Below, one piece after another: positions 63,419 through 64,000 of a stretch of DNA of 64,000 nucleotides. The position numbers and the translations under genes were made by a program. Location: NCBI GenBank assembly GCA_040954595.2, contig CM082579.2, positions 4,019,227 to 4,083,226 on the forward strand. Reading direction: 5' to 3'. The notes under the pieces were generated by a model. The model saw only the letters and a program-made list of their open reading frames with translations. It was not told the DNA's origin and did not search any database. This DNA is from Balanoglossus misakiensis. Its lineage: Eukaryota; Animalia; Hemichordata. How positions within the stretch are numbered: position 1 is the stretch's first letter; each line of letters begins with the position of its first letter.

Positions 63419-64000
63419 AACTGAAATGTAACAGTACTATTCTTGGAAATTGCACTATGCCTCAGGGAAGCTTGCATATATATATATATATGCAGAAAAT
63501 GTAAAATATCTGACCCAATGTGTGTGTCTTAATGCCAAGTACATCAAAATTCACCCAACTGAAAGTCATGTACAGTTGTATTAAAAAAATAAAGGCAGTC
63601 GATCCAGAAGTATGAGAAAAATGGAAGAAATGGAATGCGTGTGGTGCTCAAGCATATACACACGTATATAGTTGGTCTCCGCTGGGGAGAATAGTCAAAA
63701 TAATAAATGGAGAGGTTTGAAACAGTAGCCTATCTGCATTATCCTTTGGGGATTTACGGACACATGCTTGCTCGGTAATACCACACACAGTTCAGTTATT
63801 GTTCTAAGCAGCGGAGACTGGATAATTTTACAGAGTACTGTGGGGGAGGGTATACTGATACAGACTTGCCAGGCTGGACTTGGCTCGCTGTTATAATGAG
63901 ATCTCTATGTGACTGTTTAATAGAGGCGGCCAATTACTCTTGGCTGTACTGTACTTATCTAAACAAACAAATCCACAGTAGGGTTTTTAGTACAATTACA

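Overview
Animal genomic DNA. The intron pattern and repeat types suggest an invertebrate deuterostome such as a hemichordate or amphioxus, but the species cannot be fixed from sequence alone. Most of the window (1..45788, minus strand) is one giant Fat-like atypical cadherin gene of the FAT1/2/3 (Drosophila kug/Fat2) subfamily. I rebuilt 25 coding exons with phase-compatible GT-AG junctions, totalling 13,071 nt (4,357 codons) from the ATG at 45770; the gene runs off the left edge inside the cytoplasmic tail. Domains are signal peptide, a long cadherin-repeat array, EGF, Laminin-G, 4 EGF, transmembrane helix and a FAT1-type tail. The ORF track misses two exons: the 62-nt exon at 25743..25804 and the LamG/EGF/TM exon at 1..1362. 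Upstream lies the terminal exon of an EXPERA/EBP-family ER membrane protein gene (54094..54360, minus). The rest is intronic or intergenic, with TTAA-flanked MITEs, a fold-back hairpin and microsatellites. The best new signal is a candidate frame-preserving 24-nt microexon (13230..13253) that would insert VKGAIRRR into a cadherin loop. It has a 123-nt AG-exclusion zone, an 11-bp stem inside that zone, two upstream TACTAAC motifs and a downstream TGCATG. No prokaryote-type system (CRISPR etc.) is evident.
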